In this document: piece after piece, positions 42,288 to 55,061 of the stretch
Layout: each line of letters starts with the position of its first letter
Numbering within the stretch: position 1 is the stretch's first letter
NCBI RefSeq assembly: GCF_006345805.1
Contig: NC_043001.1
Span: 78,368,001 to 78,432,000 of the forward strand
DNA length: 64,000 nt
Direction: 5' to 3'
Origin: Octopus sinensis
Lineage: Eukaryota
Made by a program: the position numbers and the translations under genes
Notes under the pieces: model-generated
Told to the model about the DNA's origin: nothing
Seen by the model: the letters and a program-made list of their open reading frames with translations, nothing else
Database searches by the model: none

Positions 42288-42583
42288 CGCAGGCGTGGTT
42301 TTGTGGTAAGAAGTTTGCTGCTCAGCAGGATGGTTCCGGGTTCAGTCCCACTGTATGACACCATAGGCGAGTGTATTTTGCTATAGCCTCCGGCCGAGCA
42401 AAGCCTTCCGAGTGGATTTGGTAGACGGAAACTGAGAGGAACTGAAAGAAACATACATACAAAAATATCATGTTTTTATGTTGAAATTCCAATGAAGGAG
42501 CTATAGAACTAGGTTAGAAACCAGATCTTTCTCAATTGGCAATAAATTTTGAAAGAAAACTGATTAACGACATACATGCATAC

Positions 42584-42618
<35 letters not shown>

Positions 42619-42820
42619 AGAATGTGAATGTGTGTAACTGTGAGTGCTTCCCACCCCACCGCTTGACATTAGCAGTTCGGAAAAAGAAACTGACAGAATG
42701 AATCATAAGCTTAAAAAAGAGCGAAATATATGGAATAAAGACTGGAATCGATTCCTTCCACTAAAACTCTTTTATGCAGTGTTCCAGCTTCGTCGCTGTC
42801 CAGTGATTGGAACAAACATA
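42288..42820 (+). mobile_element. SINE family B, with an extra insert in its central microsatellite
   Basis: cgcaggcgtggttttgtggtaagaagtttgc...ggttccgggttcagtcccactg...gagtggatttggtagacggaaactga; 3' module 42645-42820. Confidence 0.85.
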
Positions 42821-43268
42821 AAACAAAAGTACTCAGAGAGCGCAAATCTCCGCCAAAGCAACACCAACGTCTTCTCAACGATTAGCCAGAGATGATTTTT
42901 AGAATGAGAATATCTGAAATAAACTCGACAACTCTCATAAACGAGAATACTACAAATGAATCCGACCGCTCTCAAAAATAAAGCAAAAAAAAAAAAACAG
43001 GAAAAATAATCCAGAATATTGCGTTTTCGGATTTAGTTTGCGAGATTTATGACCTTTCCCCAGACATAATAGAATAATCCAGAATCTTTGTCGGGTACAT
43101 GATCGGTCCCAAAATCTAATCAGTTCGTGCCAATCACGATGACTAACATCCCTAAATGTTTCATCCATCTAGCGGTTCTTGAGATATCTTGTCCACGGAC
43201 AAACCAAAAAAAAAAAAAAAACACGAATGAAAAATAATACATCCGGCTTCGCTAACATGGAAGTAATG
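42821..43268. mobile_element. Probable Helentron-associated non-autonomous element (HINE/DINE-1-like)
   Basis: One end aacaaaagtactcagagagcgcaaatctccgccaa; other end a degenerate hairpin tacatccggcttcgctaacatggaagtaat; internal gtttcatcc...cggttcttgagatatc motif; classification from recalled family architecture. Confidence 0.5.
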
Positions 43269-43624
43269 AATTTAATTAGAAAATATCACAGTGCTTCATA
43301 CATTCGTACGAACAACGCCATCTCATCTACGTCTATATTGCATCATTATTTATACGTTACACTGCTCATCAAACATTTCGTCTTTATACGATATTATCTT
43401 TGTTCAATACAGTTTACGATCTTCTGTTGTGAGATTATACGAAGCTCTATTGTTCGAAAATTCCTAAAAACAGTGCTGTTCAAGATAGTGGCAACATGCC
43501 TCATTTGTGTGGTGCGGTAATATTTCGGTGTTGTGTGGGGTCTAACAGAATTACTTTTATACAGTTGAATTAAACTCCCAATAAAGTCTCAAGTTTCCGT
43601 TTTATTATATATATATAATGCTTT

Positions 43625-43800
43625 ATTTTTATTCTTTTACTTGTTACAGTCATTGAACTGAGACCATGCTGGAGCACCACCTTGAATTGTATTTGTCGGA
43701 CAATTCGACCGTAGGACTTATTTTTGAACCTAGTACTTATTCTGTTGGTCGCTTTACCGAAGTGATACGTTACGATGGGTTCACAAACACAGACACAAAG
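43625..43800 (-). mobile_element. SINE family B 3' module
   Basis: cttttacttgttacagtcattg...ccatgctggagcaccacctt. Confidence 0.8.
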
Positions 43801-43818
43801 ACCCACATACATATACAT

Positions 43819-43894
<76 letters not shown>

Positions 43895-43992
43895 CTTGAT
43901 CCAAACATGAAAACACAAAAAGAAAACACAACGCGAGGACGTGGAACAAGTATAGTATTATTGGACACTCAGGAAAGAAGGAAATACATACA
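43895..43992 (-). mobile_element. Penelope pLTR terminal fragment inside (TA)n
   Basis: Minus strand tttcctgagtgtccaataatacta... resembles tttcctgagcgccctactaataca at 35727. Confidence 0.45.
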
Positions 43993-44031
43993 TTAATATA
44001 TATATATATGTATATATATATGTATATATAT

Positions 44032-44103
<72 letters not shown>

Positions 44104-44415
44104 TAATACTAAAACTCTAGAGATGTTTGTGTGTACCCGAAATATCTCAGAAATAGTATATTTTATGTTATTTTTTTTATTTGTTTGCATATTTATTTCA
44201 ATACTTACCTTCGGCAGTGCTGTACAAATTTTTGTGATATGTGTACCTCTGTTTATTAATGAAAACGGTTAAACAGAGTTTTAGCTTGTTATTTCTTGAG
44301 GAAAAACACACATGGCTCCCGTGATGTCAACACTCATACTCAGATACAAAACATAAATACATATAATGAATGTCATGGCGTGTCAATCAACGCAAATACA
44401 CGTCCGCTATCTGTG

Positions 44416-44448
<33 letters not shown>

Positions 44449-44921
44449 GTCCTCAAGCTCTCTAAGAAAAAGAAAACGTCGAGTGTTTGATGTATACTAT
44501 ATTTCAATCATTTAGAAATATTTTTAACTGAATTTGATTTCAAAAATGTAAGTTTTTTGTACAGTAAGTAGATATAATTTAGCTTTCTTTAAGCAGACAA
44601 TATATTAATGTATTTTTAAAAATTATTTTCAAGTGAATGGCGATCTTCCGCTTTGACTCTCAGAACTGTCTTCCGGAGTTCGTTAATTTCCTTTAAAAGT
44701 TTTTATTTATTTACTTTTGTTTTCAAGCGAAAGAGAGGAGAAAGTGAAAGATGTATGTACGTGTATATGAAATGGACGTGTGTGTGTGTGAAAAAGAGAG
44801 AAAGAGAGAGAGAGAGATAAAGAGAGATGGAGGAAGAGAGAGAAAGGGAGAAAGAGAGAGTTAGTGAAGTGGTGTGTTGTCATGTATACGTACATACATC
44901 AATACATGTGTATGTGTGTGT

Positions 44922-44963
<42 letters not shown>

Positions 44964-45005
44964 GTAAGTGAGTGAATGTGTGTGTTCTCATGTATGTGTA
45001 AGCGG

Positions 45006-45037
<32 letters not shown>

Positions 45038-45064
45038 GTCTCTCTCTCGTACACATACACACAA

Positions 45065-45207
45065 ACACGTTTATTTTCTATCATATCTACTGACAAGGTT
45101 TTGGTCAGCCTGAGGTTATGGTTGAAGACATTTGCCCAAGGTGCCACGCTGTGAGACTGAAACTGGAACCATGTGGCTTGGAAGCAAGGTTTTTCCCACA
45201 CAGCAAT
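45065..45207 (-). mobile_element. SINE family B 5' module
   Basis: caaggttttggtcagcctgaggttatggttgaagacatttgcccaaggtgccacgc...ggaaccatgtgg. Confidence 0.8.
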
Positions 45208-45566
45208 AGAAGTAACAGAATAACTCAAGATGCGACAGTTTCATGCGTAGGTGATTATCACTTTCAATATAAATACATACATATATATACATACGTATAC
45301 ATACACACCTACAATCACCCATAAACACAAATACACATACACTCACACATACACACACACATATTCAGTAGTGCTTAGGCATAAGCGCACTTTATGTGAG
45401 TTAAATATTTTTGTGGCATATTTCAACTTCTAAAGACAAATTCACTGCAGTTAGAGTGAAGAAAAAGATTTTGCCATACAGTAAAAGGTGTAAAAGCACT
45501 TTAACTGTCCAATACTGCCCCTATTGGATTCCCAGACTCGCTTGTAGCTCTTTAGCCGTTACAAGT

Positions 45567-45796
45567 CTTTTTATTCTTTTATTCTTTTATTTGTTTCAGT
45601 CATTTGACTGCGGCTATGCTAGAGCACCGCCTTTTTAGTCGAGCAAATCAAACCCAGGACTTATTCTTTGTAAACCTAGTATTTATTATATCGGTCTCTC
45701 TTGCCGAACCGCTAAGTGACGGGGACGTAAACACACTAACATCGGTTCTCAAGTGATGTTGGGAGGGGACAAACACAGACACACAAACATAAACAT

Positions 45797-45845
<49 letters not shown>

Positions 45846-46221
45846 GGGAGAGTTTACGAAAACAAACAAAAGAAGAAGACAGGTGGTGTACAAAACAAAC
45901 AGATGCATTTGTATAACGCTCAGGAATAGAAAAAGTCTTTTACGTTTTGAGCCTACGCCCTTCTACAGAAAGGGACACAGAAAAAACAAGAAGAGAAACA
46001 AGCAGAGAAAAAACAAGGAGACATAAAAGTAGAGATAAAAGGAGAGAAAAAATATATATACGACGGACTTCTTTCAGATTCCATCTAACAAATCCACTCA
46101 TAAGGTTTTTGTGGGCCCGAGGCTAGAGTAGAAGACAATTGTCCTTGATGCCACGCAGTGGGACTGAAAACGGAACCATGTGTTTGGGGAGCAGGCTACT
46201 TACCACACAGCCATTTCTGCG
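45567..46221 (-). mobile_element. SINE family B, full length, hosting a solo Penelope pLTR in its central (TA)n
   Basis: 3' module 45567-45790; 5' module 46055-46221. Confidence 0.88.
45845..46030 (-). mobile_element. Solo Penelope pLTR related to 35630-35810, with hammerhead variant at 45935-45974
   Basis: Reverse complement ctgtgtccctttctgtagaagggcgtaggctcaaaacgtaaaagact...ttcctgagcg aligns with 35667-35740. Confidence 0.85.
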
Positions 46222-46989
46222 TAACTTCTTTTTAGACATTGTGTGCGAAAAGTACGAAAAGTGTATTGTTAGTGTTGAGTGCAAATTTAAAATTGTGGCG
46301 CAAACTATGCGTTACTAGTGATTATATTTGCTGATCTGTATTTGCGATTACTCTCTAGGAAAATATAGAATCCTTTGAATACCAAATACATTTGTTGTAC
46401 GTTACATAATCGATTCTGTAAAAGAGCCGATCTTGCAGAACCTTTAATATAAAATTTGAAGGAAAAAAATAATAAAGAGCTTCATCATGTAAAGCGTTAA
46501 ATCAATCCCACAACAATATTTTATCAACTCATTAGTAAATTACTCGTTAAGAAATAGTAATTTAGTACATTGGCACATAAACATTAATCAATAAGGAAGA
46601 GTTATAGTTCAATCGATTGATCTTAGTTCATCTTCGGTAATTACTTTGTTGACGTCAGTTAACGCAAAGAACAAAGTTAACACTTGTGTTTTTTTTGTTT
46701 TTGTTTCTGTTTTTAGACTGAACGCTTTCTGTCCATATCTGTATCGCTTCAGCTTATTCACTATCTTAATTGTTTTGAAACATCAGTGATTTGTTAGAAT
46801 GACACAAGGTCATTTGTGTATAAGGAAGGTTAGTTTTTATATGCAACGGAATCTATTTCAATATACGCGTTATATATTCTTGCGTGGAACAAAATATTTT
46901 TTTTAAATAGAAAATCCCTATAAAATTATCATGCTAGTTAATGCTAGTTAATTAGTTGTTGCAGTGGTTTTCTTAGAGCAGTGCCTGAG

Positions 46990-47500
46990 ATGTGTTTTGT
47001 ACACACAGAGTGGTTTAGAGTGCTGGTAGCTGGTAGGTAGTCAGCAGTGGAGGGTATGGCACAATCTCCATGGTAACATGGATAACCACACGACGTGAGG
47101 GTAGGCTCCTCATTTAAGATGCTACACGCTGTGCCATCTCCAGCGTCAACTTGGTTCCTTCAGCTGCCAAGCAGGCTTCTCTACTCGTCAGGTTGAGAAG
47201 GGCAAACTAAGCATCGGTAGCTCTGCGACAGGTTGATGGTCGAGCTTGTGGCAATAGAGACCTCCGCAGTTCTCGGCTCCCGGACTATATCACTGTTCAC
47301 CGCTGTCGAGGTGGAAATGGCTATCCGCAAATGCGAGCAACAGGAGTCAGAGTAACTTTTCCAGCGAATCTCTCTTGCTCTCTTCCGGAGCAACGTCATT
47401 TCCATTTTGATTGCTGGCACCAAGAAGTGGCATAAATGACAAGAAATCGAGAGAATGTAAGAATTTCGTAGCTTACTACACGAACAAATAAATGTATACA
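46990..47500 (+). mobile_element. CRE-type non-LTR retrotransposon, RLE endonuclease 3' remnant
   Basis: Decayed frames EGMAQSPW*HG, LI*DAT, VAIETSAVLG, *LFQRISLALFRSNVISIL match the CRE-like pattern DG.T..PW..G..L.WD.T / AVET.G..G / L.QR.S.A.QRGNA..IL. Confidence 0.7.
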
Positions 47501-48070
47501 ACCTCTCTTCATTACATACCACTGTCCTTCAATCGTAACCAAGCACTTTCTGGTCGTGAAAGCGAAAAACATGATGTTATGTACTACAATAACAACCGCC
47601 AGTAAACCATCAGGTCGGTGGCTATTGCCTGGGGATTTCTCTTAACGACGGAGAGTTTACTGGTTAATTTTCTGGTATAACCGTGAAGTAACATTTGCCC
47701 GCTGGGTATTGCCCGATCGTATAGTCGGGGCTTTAGTAAATATAAATCATTGCATTCCTGGTATTGCGTTTACTAAGTCAGTGTGCTTCTTCCATGTGCA
47801 TCGTGCAGCATACCAAAAATATATATGCTGTCAATTGTGTTATTTACGGTATTCATTTAACAGTGGAAAACACACATTCGCATATAATGTTATGCATTCT
47901 ATACATACTCTATGTAGTCATGTATATAATATACATGCATTCTATAAATGTTGTAAGTATGTATGTATATATGTATCTATCTATCTAGCTATCTTATCTG
48001 TGTGTCTGCGTGTCTGTGTGTCTGTCTGTCTATCTATCTATATATATATATTTATCTATCTATCTATCTA

Positions 48071-48113
<43 letters not shown>

Positions 48114-48456
48114 ATATATATCAATCTATGTATCTATATGTGTAAGTACACACCACATGCACACTCACACACACGCGCGCACACACATACACACACATGA
48201 CTGTTGAAAGTGAGTTTCTTGTTTTTTTCAAAGCAAAGAACTATGGAACACTTACTGGTGCGGGGAAACTCAATATGCCTGTCGACTCAATTCTTATTAA
48301 ATTCTTAACTGAATATACACAATACACAAACACACACACACACACACACATACATACATATACATATGTATATATATATATATATGTGTGTGTATATGTG
48401 TGTGTGTGTATGCGTGTGCATAAATGTACCTTTATATTTATCATATTTCATATATC

Positions 48457-48532
<76 letters not shown>

Positions 48533-49349
48533 TGTGTGTGTGTGTGTGTGGTGTGTGTCGGTATGTAGGTATGTATATATATATTTTTTGTAGCATCGTT
48601 AGTACTCTGACGCTTATACGAAGAATCTGTATCTATAATGGATTTATTTCGCTACGTAGTTTGGGATGAATGTATTTGTACGTTTTTGTGATGTTGCAGT
48701 TATTGTTGACAGTGTTGTTTTTGTTGTTTAGCCCCTGGACTGTTCTCATCAAGTAAATCTATGATCAAACGACATCCCTACTGTTCGTGCGTGCTTTTGT
48801 GTAGATCTCAATTTGGCTTCTCATAGCATGACGTCTCTTCCTCAAATATATATATATATATATATTGATGGTTGCTTCTGCGTGCGCACGTATGTGTGTT
48901 TACGTGAACAAATATATATTTATGAATGTACTGTGTGCCTGTGTAATATATTGTGTGCGTGTGAGTTACTGCGTACGCATGTTCGTTTGTACGTTCACTG
49001 AGGTGATTTTGTGCCTATGCATAACTGTGCACCGATGTGTATTTATGTGTACGCAGTTATATATGCATGCGCGAGTTTGACTGTATAGATATATTTATCG
49101 ATTTTAAGTACATATGCGAACCCTTGTAGCTTATGCATGTTTTCCTATGATTTGTGTTTACGTTTGCACCATTATATTACATTATTTATCATCACCACTA
49201 CCACCACCACCTCCACCGCCACCAGCACCAGCACCACCAGCACTAGCACCAGCTGCACCATCACCATCACCACCACCATCATCATCATTATTATTAAATT
49301 AAACGAGCGGCACATGCCATTAAAGTGATTAAGTGTACAAATATACGTT

Positions 49350-49697
49350 GTCAATCCCGCTCAAAAGGTCACTGAATAAAGATTGTTTAGGAATGATGAA
49401 CGAAACATCAATTTTTCCAAAGGTGAATTATCCAAACCCCAAAGAATTCCATTCAACACATGGCTATGATGCTCCAGCCCCCACTACTGCTCGTGATCAG
49501 AGATGCCCATATCGTCAGCCACTAAGGGACATGCTCAATTGGTTGAGGTCAAACAACTGACAAGCAAATCCATGGTTTTGAGCAAAATATTTGCTGTAGC
49601 CCATCCTTTATAGCAAGACAAAACATGTACATGATAGCTCTTCCAATCATCTAAGATCAAAAACCACCAGAGTCACTGCCTAGTACTGCATCAAGAC

Positions 49698-49700
<3 letters not shown>
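49350..49700 (+). repeat. Unclassified interspersed repeat ending at (TTA)n; short second copy at 32663-32716
   Basis: taagatcaaaaaccaccagagtcactgcctagtactgcatcaagacattt versus taagatcagaagccatgagagccactgtctggtattgtatcagagcatatt. Confidence 0.6.
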
Positions 49701-49746
<46 letters not shown>

Positions 49747-49773
49747 TTATTATTATTATTGTTGTTGTTGTTA

Positions 49774-49810
<37 letters not shown>

Positions 49811-49850
49811 CATCATCATCATCATCATCATCATCATTATTATTATTATT

Positions 49851-50908
49851 ACTAGTGTTTTACGTAGGATGTGTGCTATTTTCTGTATGTTATACATATT
49901 CGTTTGTCCCGTGGTTTCTGTTATGTCTTTGTCTGAATATTTTTTATCATACCTAACACGCCCACTATGATAGGGATTGATTCTGTTTTTAGACTCCACA
50001 TTCGAGTTACCTCTATTTCCAGATCTTTGTATTTTGAGAGTTTCTCCATTTCTTTTACATAAACGTTGTCATCTGTTGGTATTGATACATCAATTAGAAA
50101 GCATTTTTTTTCTTCATGACCTCTGACAACTATATATGGCCGATTGGCCTTAATTTCTCTATCTGTGTGTATTGGCATATCCCATAGTAGTGTTGCTTTC
50201 TCGTTTTCTGAGACCTTTTCTGGCGTGTGCCTATACCAGCTTTTTTCTGTTGTTATTTCATAGTGTTGCCATAGTTTCCAGTGTATGTAGGTTCCAACTC
50301 TGTCGTGTGTGTGTGAATAGATTCTTTCTTATCCAAGACTGAGCAGCCAGAGAAAATATGATTTATTGTTTCTTGTCCATCTTCACACATTCTGCAGTTA
50401 CTTGTTATGTTTGTGTTCATTATATATTTTTGGTAATTTCTGGTGGGGAGGCTTTGGTCTTGAGCTGCAATTAAAAATCCTTCAGTCTCTGCTTTGAGCT
50501 TCTCAACCTTGGTTGAGATTTTGCTTTGTCTATTTCTTTAGCGTTTAGTTTAACCCAGTATTTGCCATGAAGGGACTTTTCTTGCCATTGTTTTAACACG
50601 ATCCTTTGCTGTTCTAGTTTTAGTTTGGAATTTATTTGTTTTACGGATGTTGTTGTTTCTTCTCTTTCTTCATAGTTGTTAGGTAGTGTGATTTCTTGTT
50701 TGTATTTGTCAGCTTCCTTAAAGACTGAAAACAGTTTTTTGTTTTGTTCGTGTTTTGTGGCTATTTGTATTAGTTTTCTTTGCTTCTGAAGTATTTCTGT
50801 AGTCCTATGATGGTTATTTTGTAATAGATTTCTAGCTGTATAATACCTCTACCATCTTCTATACGTTGTATATATAACCTTTTTGGGTGGTGCATCTTGT
50901 TTCCTGTC
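49851..50908 (-). mobile_element. R4/Dong LINE, second and more decayed 3' fragment
   Basis: MPIHTDREIKANRPYIVV...LIDVSIPTDDN..KEMEKLSKYKDLEIE; collinear with 21770-22850. Confidence 0.93.
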
Positions 50909-51736
50909 TAATCGGCAGAGCGTCATAACTTGCACCATATTATCTAACCATTAATTATTCCCCATTCGATTTAGTTGCAAGTAGGCACAGCAGCTGAATA
51001 GCAGCAAACTCAAGATTTTAAACGCTAACGCTAGAATTAATGAAGCATTTTCATACGATAGCGACCAGGTTGTTATTTGGTGCGCTAGAAATACTTGACA
51101 AAATTCTTTCATACTGCACCATACCTTCTTTGCAAAGAACACGTTGTGTCATTTGGTGTTGGATTTCCGTTACATAAGAAATAATACAGGACGGTCTCAA
51201 CTAACTTTGATCATGTTGTCCCATTCAGGATTACCTGGAACTAAAGAACATCAGTTAAACTATTAATGCTTATGGAGTTACCTCTTATATGTTTTAGGCG
51301 TTATACTTCAAGATGTTTTGCGATCTCCCGTATAACACATTGGACTTATGAATCGCATCATCTGTAGAAATAAATGTCAGTCAAACCAATGAAGAAGCCC
51401 CTTCGTGTCATTCAGTCTTCTAGAAACAGTAATCTTGTCTCACATCTAATTATGTTTTTAAAATATTGTACATGAAATAACGTGATCTTAGGTGTTCACG
51501 ATCTGGTAAAGAAAAGATGGGGTGGCCGTACTTGGAATTCATACGGATTATAGATCTGCTTAATCTGGTTTACCTTAAAAACTACATTGTTTTATCTTTG
51601 GTAAGCGAACGGCAAGATTTTATTTTTTATTCTCAATCTTTTTAACATTTTGAAGGTGAAGTTATGGTCATATGATTTTACAGACTCGAGAGCATATACG
51701 AGATCAAAGGAGTTTATATTTGATTTGATACGATGT

Positions 51737-51784
<48 letters not shown>

Positions 51785-53303
51785 TAGGGCAGTGAATAAT
51801 TGTGAGAGGGAGAGCGATTTTGCTAGCACAACTCCAACCATGTGTGAAAGGAAAACATTTTAGCATGTACCGCTGTTGGTTGATGTCTTCGGTGAACGTC
51901 TAGGCAGTGAGTGAACCGAGGGCGGAAGTTTGATATGATCGACTGAATCTTCTTGAAATCAGACTTTTCCTAGATTGCCGTTGTTGTAATTCCTTTGGTA
52001 AAAGATCTGCTTGATGTACAAAATTAAAGTAGCGTGGGAGTATCAGAACGAATCAAATCTCGCTCAGAATGATTGTTGAACGTTTTATCGAAATATTTGT
52101 GTTGGATTAGATTTTATCAATCTTCGTCATAGCCGGTGACAGACCTAATTAGAAAAGATAGGGATTAATAGATATTATATCTTTACTCCTCCAATATCGT
52201 AGTACGGTTGTTATTGTCGACGATAGATAAAGAATACACTATAACAGTGTTATAACAATACAAAATAGAAACAGCTGCAGTAACAAACGCGCAACAAGCG
52301 AACAATCTTTTACGAACCAACAATCAATATTTCAAATACACTAACTCGAACTGTAAACTGTACGTGGACTTCAAAGAGCAAACTACGAACTGCCAACTAC
52401 ATCAGACCTCTACAATCTATATGTAAAGGTCCCGTTTATTCTCGTCAGATGGTGTCGTACTCTCGTTACAGCAATAGGCACAGGGTTGTACTACCCTGCA
52501 CCATCAATTTTCTACTTTGCTACTGAAACGACAACAAAAGAACGTATGAAGCCAACTCTGGAGAGAGCAGTACCTAGAGACTTGCATATGAAGTAGTGAA
52601 AGTCGAAAGGAAGCTACGATATGAAGCAATCTTCTCTCATTAAGGACGTGGAAAAGGTACTGAATAACAATTAGGCGGCTACAGTCGGGAACAGCTGTTA
52701 TCCCTTTCATTCCACGTAGTTAAAGGGTGATGAAATAAGATGTTTTTCTCAGCAACTATTTTCATGTAACCAATTACAACCAGTGTTTTAGTCAGGCTGT
52801 TAGTAAATGAACCCACTAACCTCAGCCAGTTTACTGAGCAACAAAAAATAGTATGTTTGGCACCAATCCATTAACGTATCATGGCCCAAAGTTTCTTCGT
52901 GTATGTTGTTTCTAAAATTACAATATATTTGCACCATATGCAATATGTGTGTGTGTATGTGTATGTGTGTGTATGTGCTTGTGTGTATATTATTTGTAAA
53001 TTACGAATAAAATAATGTAATTAAAACCCATGTATTGAAATTCCAGACTCCTTTGCGACTTTCGAGGCACCCTGTGTCAATACATACATATTACTACGAA
53101 CGAAAAAATTATATTCAGATAATTTCTCGTTCGTACGGCGCGAATTAGAACACTGCTCTCTGGTTTTTCAACCGAAGACGAAAAAATTAATTCCTTGTGG
53201 TCACGTAATTGTTTAAAGCTTAGGCGGTATGATTTTGAATCGCTTTTGCGATGTGGGCGAAGTATAAAGACTACTGCCTGCGTGGTGAGATAGTTCGTGC
53301 TGG

Positions 53304-55008
53304 GCATTTGGGCTAGTCCGACAACGTAAAAGGTTTCCCTGAACGGTAGGTGTTATTCTTGAAAACAATGTTGAAAAGTGCTGCTATTGTTCAATATTGT
53401 TGAAAATATAGTTTTCATGCGAACATTTTGTCTTGTCTGCATTTCAGTGGATTTGTTGCCCTTTTCCCTTGGTTTGAGCGGGAGAGCGTGTGTTATTATG
53501 CAGTCGTATTCCGACATAGTGTCCTATGAGGATGAATTGCTGAGATGCGATGATAGCATCGACAAGGTGATGGAAAGAAAGAGTTTTGCTGCAGTGACTG
53601 ATAATCCGAGACAGGAGGTACAAATAAGTAAGGAAGATTTGGAGAAATTCGAAGGCTTAATAAAAAGGGAAACGCATGAAATTGTTGTGACCTCGCTACA
53701 GGAAGTAAGTCATAGAGTAGAAAAAGAAACAATTGTGTATAAAACATTTGATTTGGAAAAGAAAAGGGTAGAGATTGTATCAGAGGAAAAAATAGAAAAG
53801 TGTCTTAAAGACATATGTAGTGATATTACACACGTTATCAGAGGAAGAATGTACACCAAGGTAGAGGTGCGCTTTAAAGCAGAAGAAATGGCCAAGTGTT
53901 ATTCTATGGCCTCCAGAAATACGACAGAGATGGTGCTCCTCCCAACTTACCTTGGGAGACGTGCCTTCAGGCCAAGGGTGGCTGAGATACCACCGGAAGT
54001 GGAAGCTGGCTGGATTATGGCAGCTATTATAATGGGGTTGGAGGATAAAATCCCCATCCTCCAAATGATCAAAGTTCCGCAACGCAACTGGCAAGGGAAA
54101 GAGATTGAAATGATCATTCAGACCTCCACAGAAGGGCTAAGTGCTAGAGAATATAGTTAACACCATTTGGATCGGCCAAGACAGAAAATTTAGCGTGTTA
54201 GTGGAGGGCAGGAAACCGTGATGTTTCAAGTGTGGTCAGAAAGGCCAGATTAGAGAAGACTGCCCTCCACTACCATCAGTAATACCACTAGTTGGCCCCG
54301 GCGAAAAAGGAAAAGAAAAGGTGCAGAAATAAGAGACAGAGAATAGTGAGTGGTTGATGGTGATAGGAGGAAAACGAAGAAAGAGGAAAATTTCACCACT
54401 TAAGGGAACCAGTCCACGCCATTCCTCCGCTCCATTCCTTCGAGTCCCCGACTTACCTAGTCCTCCACTGCAAACACCAATCTCCTCACTCCACCCGCCA
54501 CTATTTCGAACCTTACCCCCGCAGTAACACATGCAAACAAGACATTTTATCAAATCCCCCATCACCCACCCATAAAGAAAAAGAGACTAACCTTGACGAT
54601 CGATTCGAGAAATAGAAAACTGGTAGTAGAAATTAAAAAATTAAAGTGTGAAATGTGTGCTGGTGGATGAAAGTGATTTCAAAAGGCTAAAATAAAAATT
54701 CGGGCCAGATATTGCGGATCTATACAGAGAAGTGTGCATGGATGCATTGCTTCCTGAAGTGGAGTACAACGACATCTTGGAGTATTTGGTTTGATTGATT
54801 TTTAAAAAGTATTTGACTTTGGAACATTGTAAGCATTTAAAGGTTCAATGCGACTTCTGGGAATGGGGCTCGAATGATCGTCATTCCATCTTTTCATTTT
54901 AACATATTTTCATTTTTCATTCGATTTTACTCCCCTCCCCTCATCCATGTTTTGTATGTCCTGTACTGTCTCATCTGTGTTTTGACCCTAGTAGTTAATT
55001 AGAAATAA
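53304..55008 (+). mobile_element. ORF1-only L1/Tx1-like retroelement (HAL1-like)
   Basis: 12-bp TSD agttcgtgctgg at 53292-53303 and 55009-55020; aataaa at the 3' end; ORF1-like coding region; no EN or RT motif seen. Confidence 0.75.
53498..54266 (+). pseudogene. ORF1p-like nucleic-acid-binding protein, frameshifted near 54140-54160
   Basis: Open frame 53498-54160, then VEGRKP*CFKCGQKGQIREDCP (CCHC knuckle with H>Q). Confidence 0.7.
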
Positions 55009-55061
55009 AGTTCGTGCTGGAAGATGATGTGCGAAGGTCGACGTAATGAAAGTCGACGTGA

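Noticed and set aside
44201-44248. atacttacct (U1 snRNA 5'-like); on the minus strand a possible 40-nt exon cag|44248-44209|gtaagt
   Set aside because: No further U1 similarity; isolated splice signals are expected by chance and no partner exons were found
52205-52503. Possible solo LTR (TG...CA ends)
   Set aside because: No matching TSD, terminal inverted repeat or second copy found
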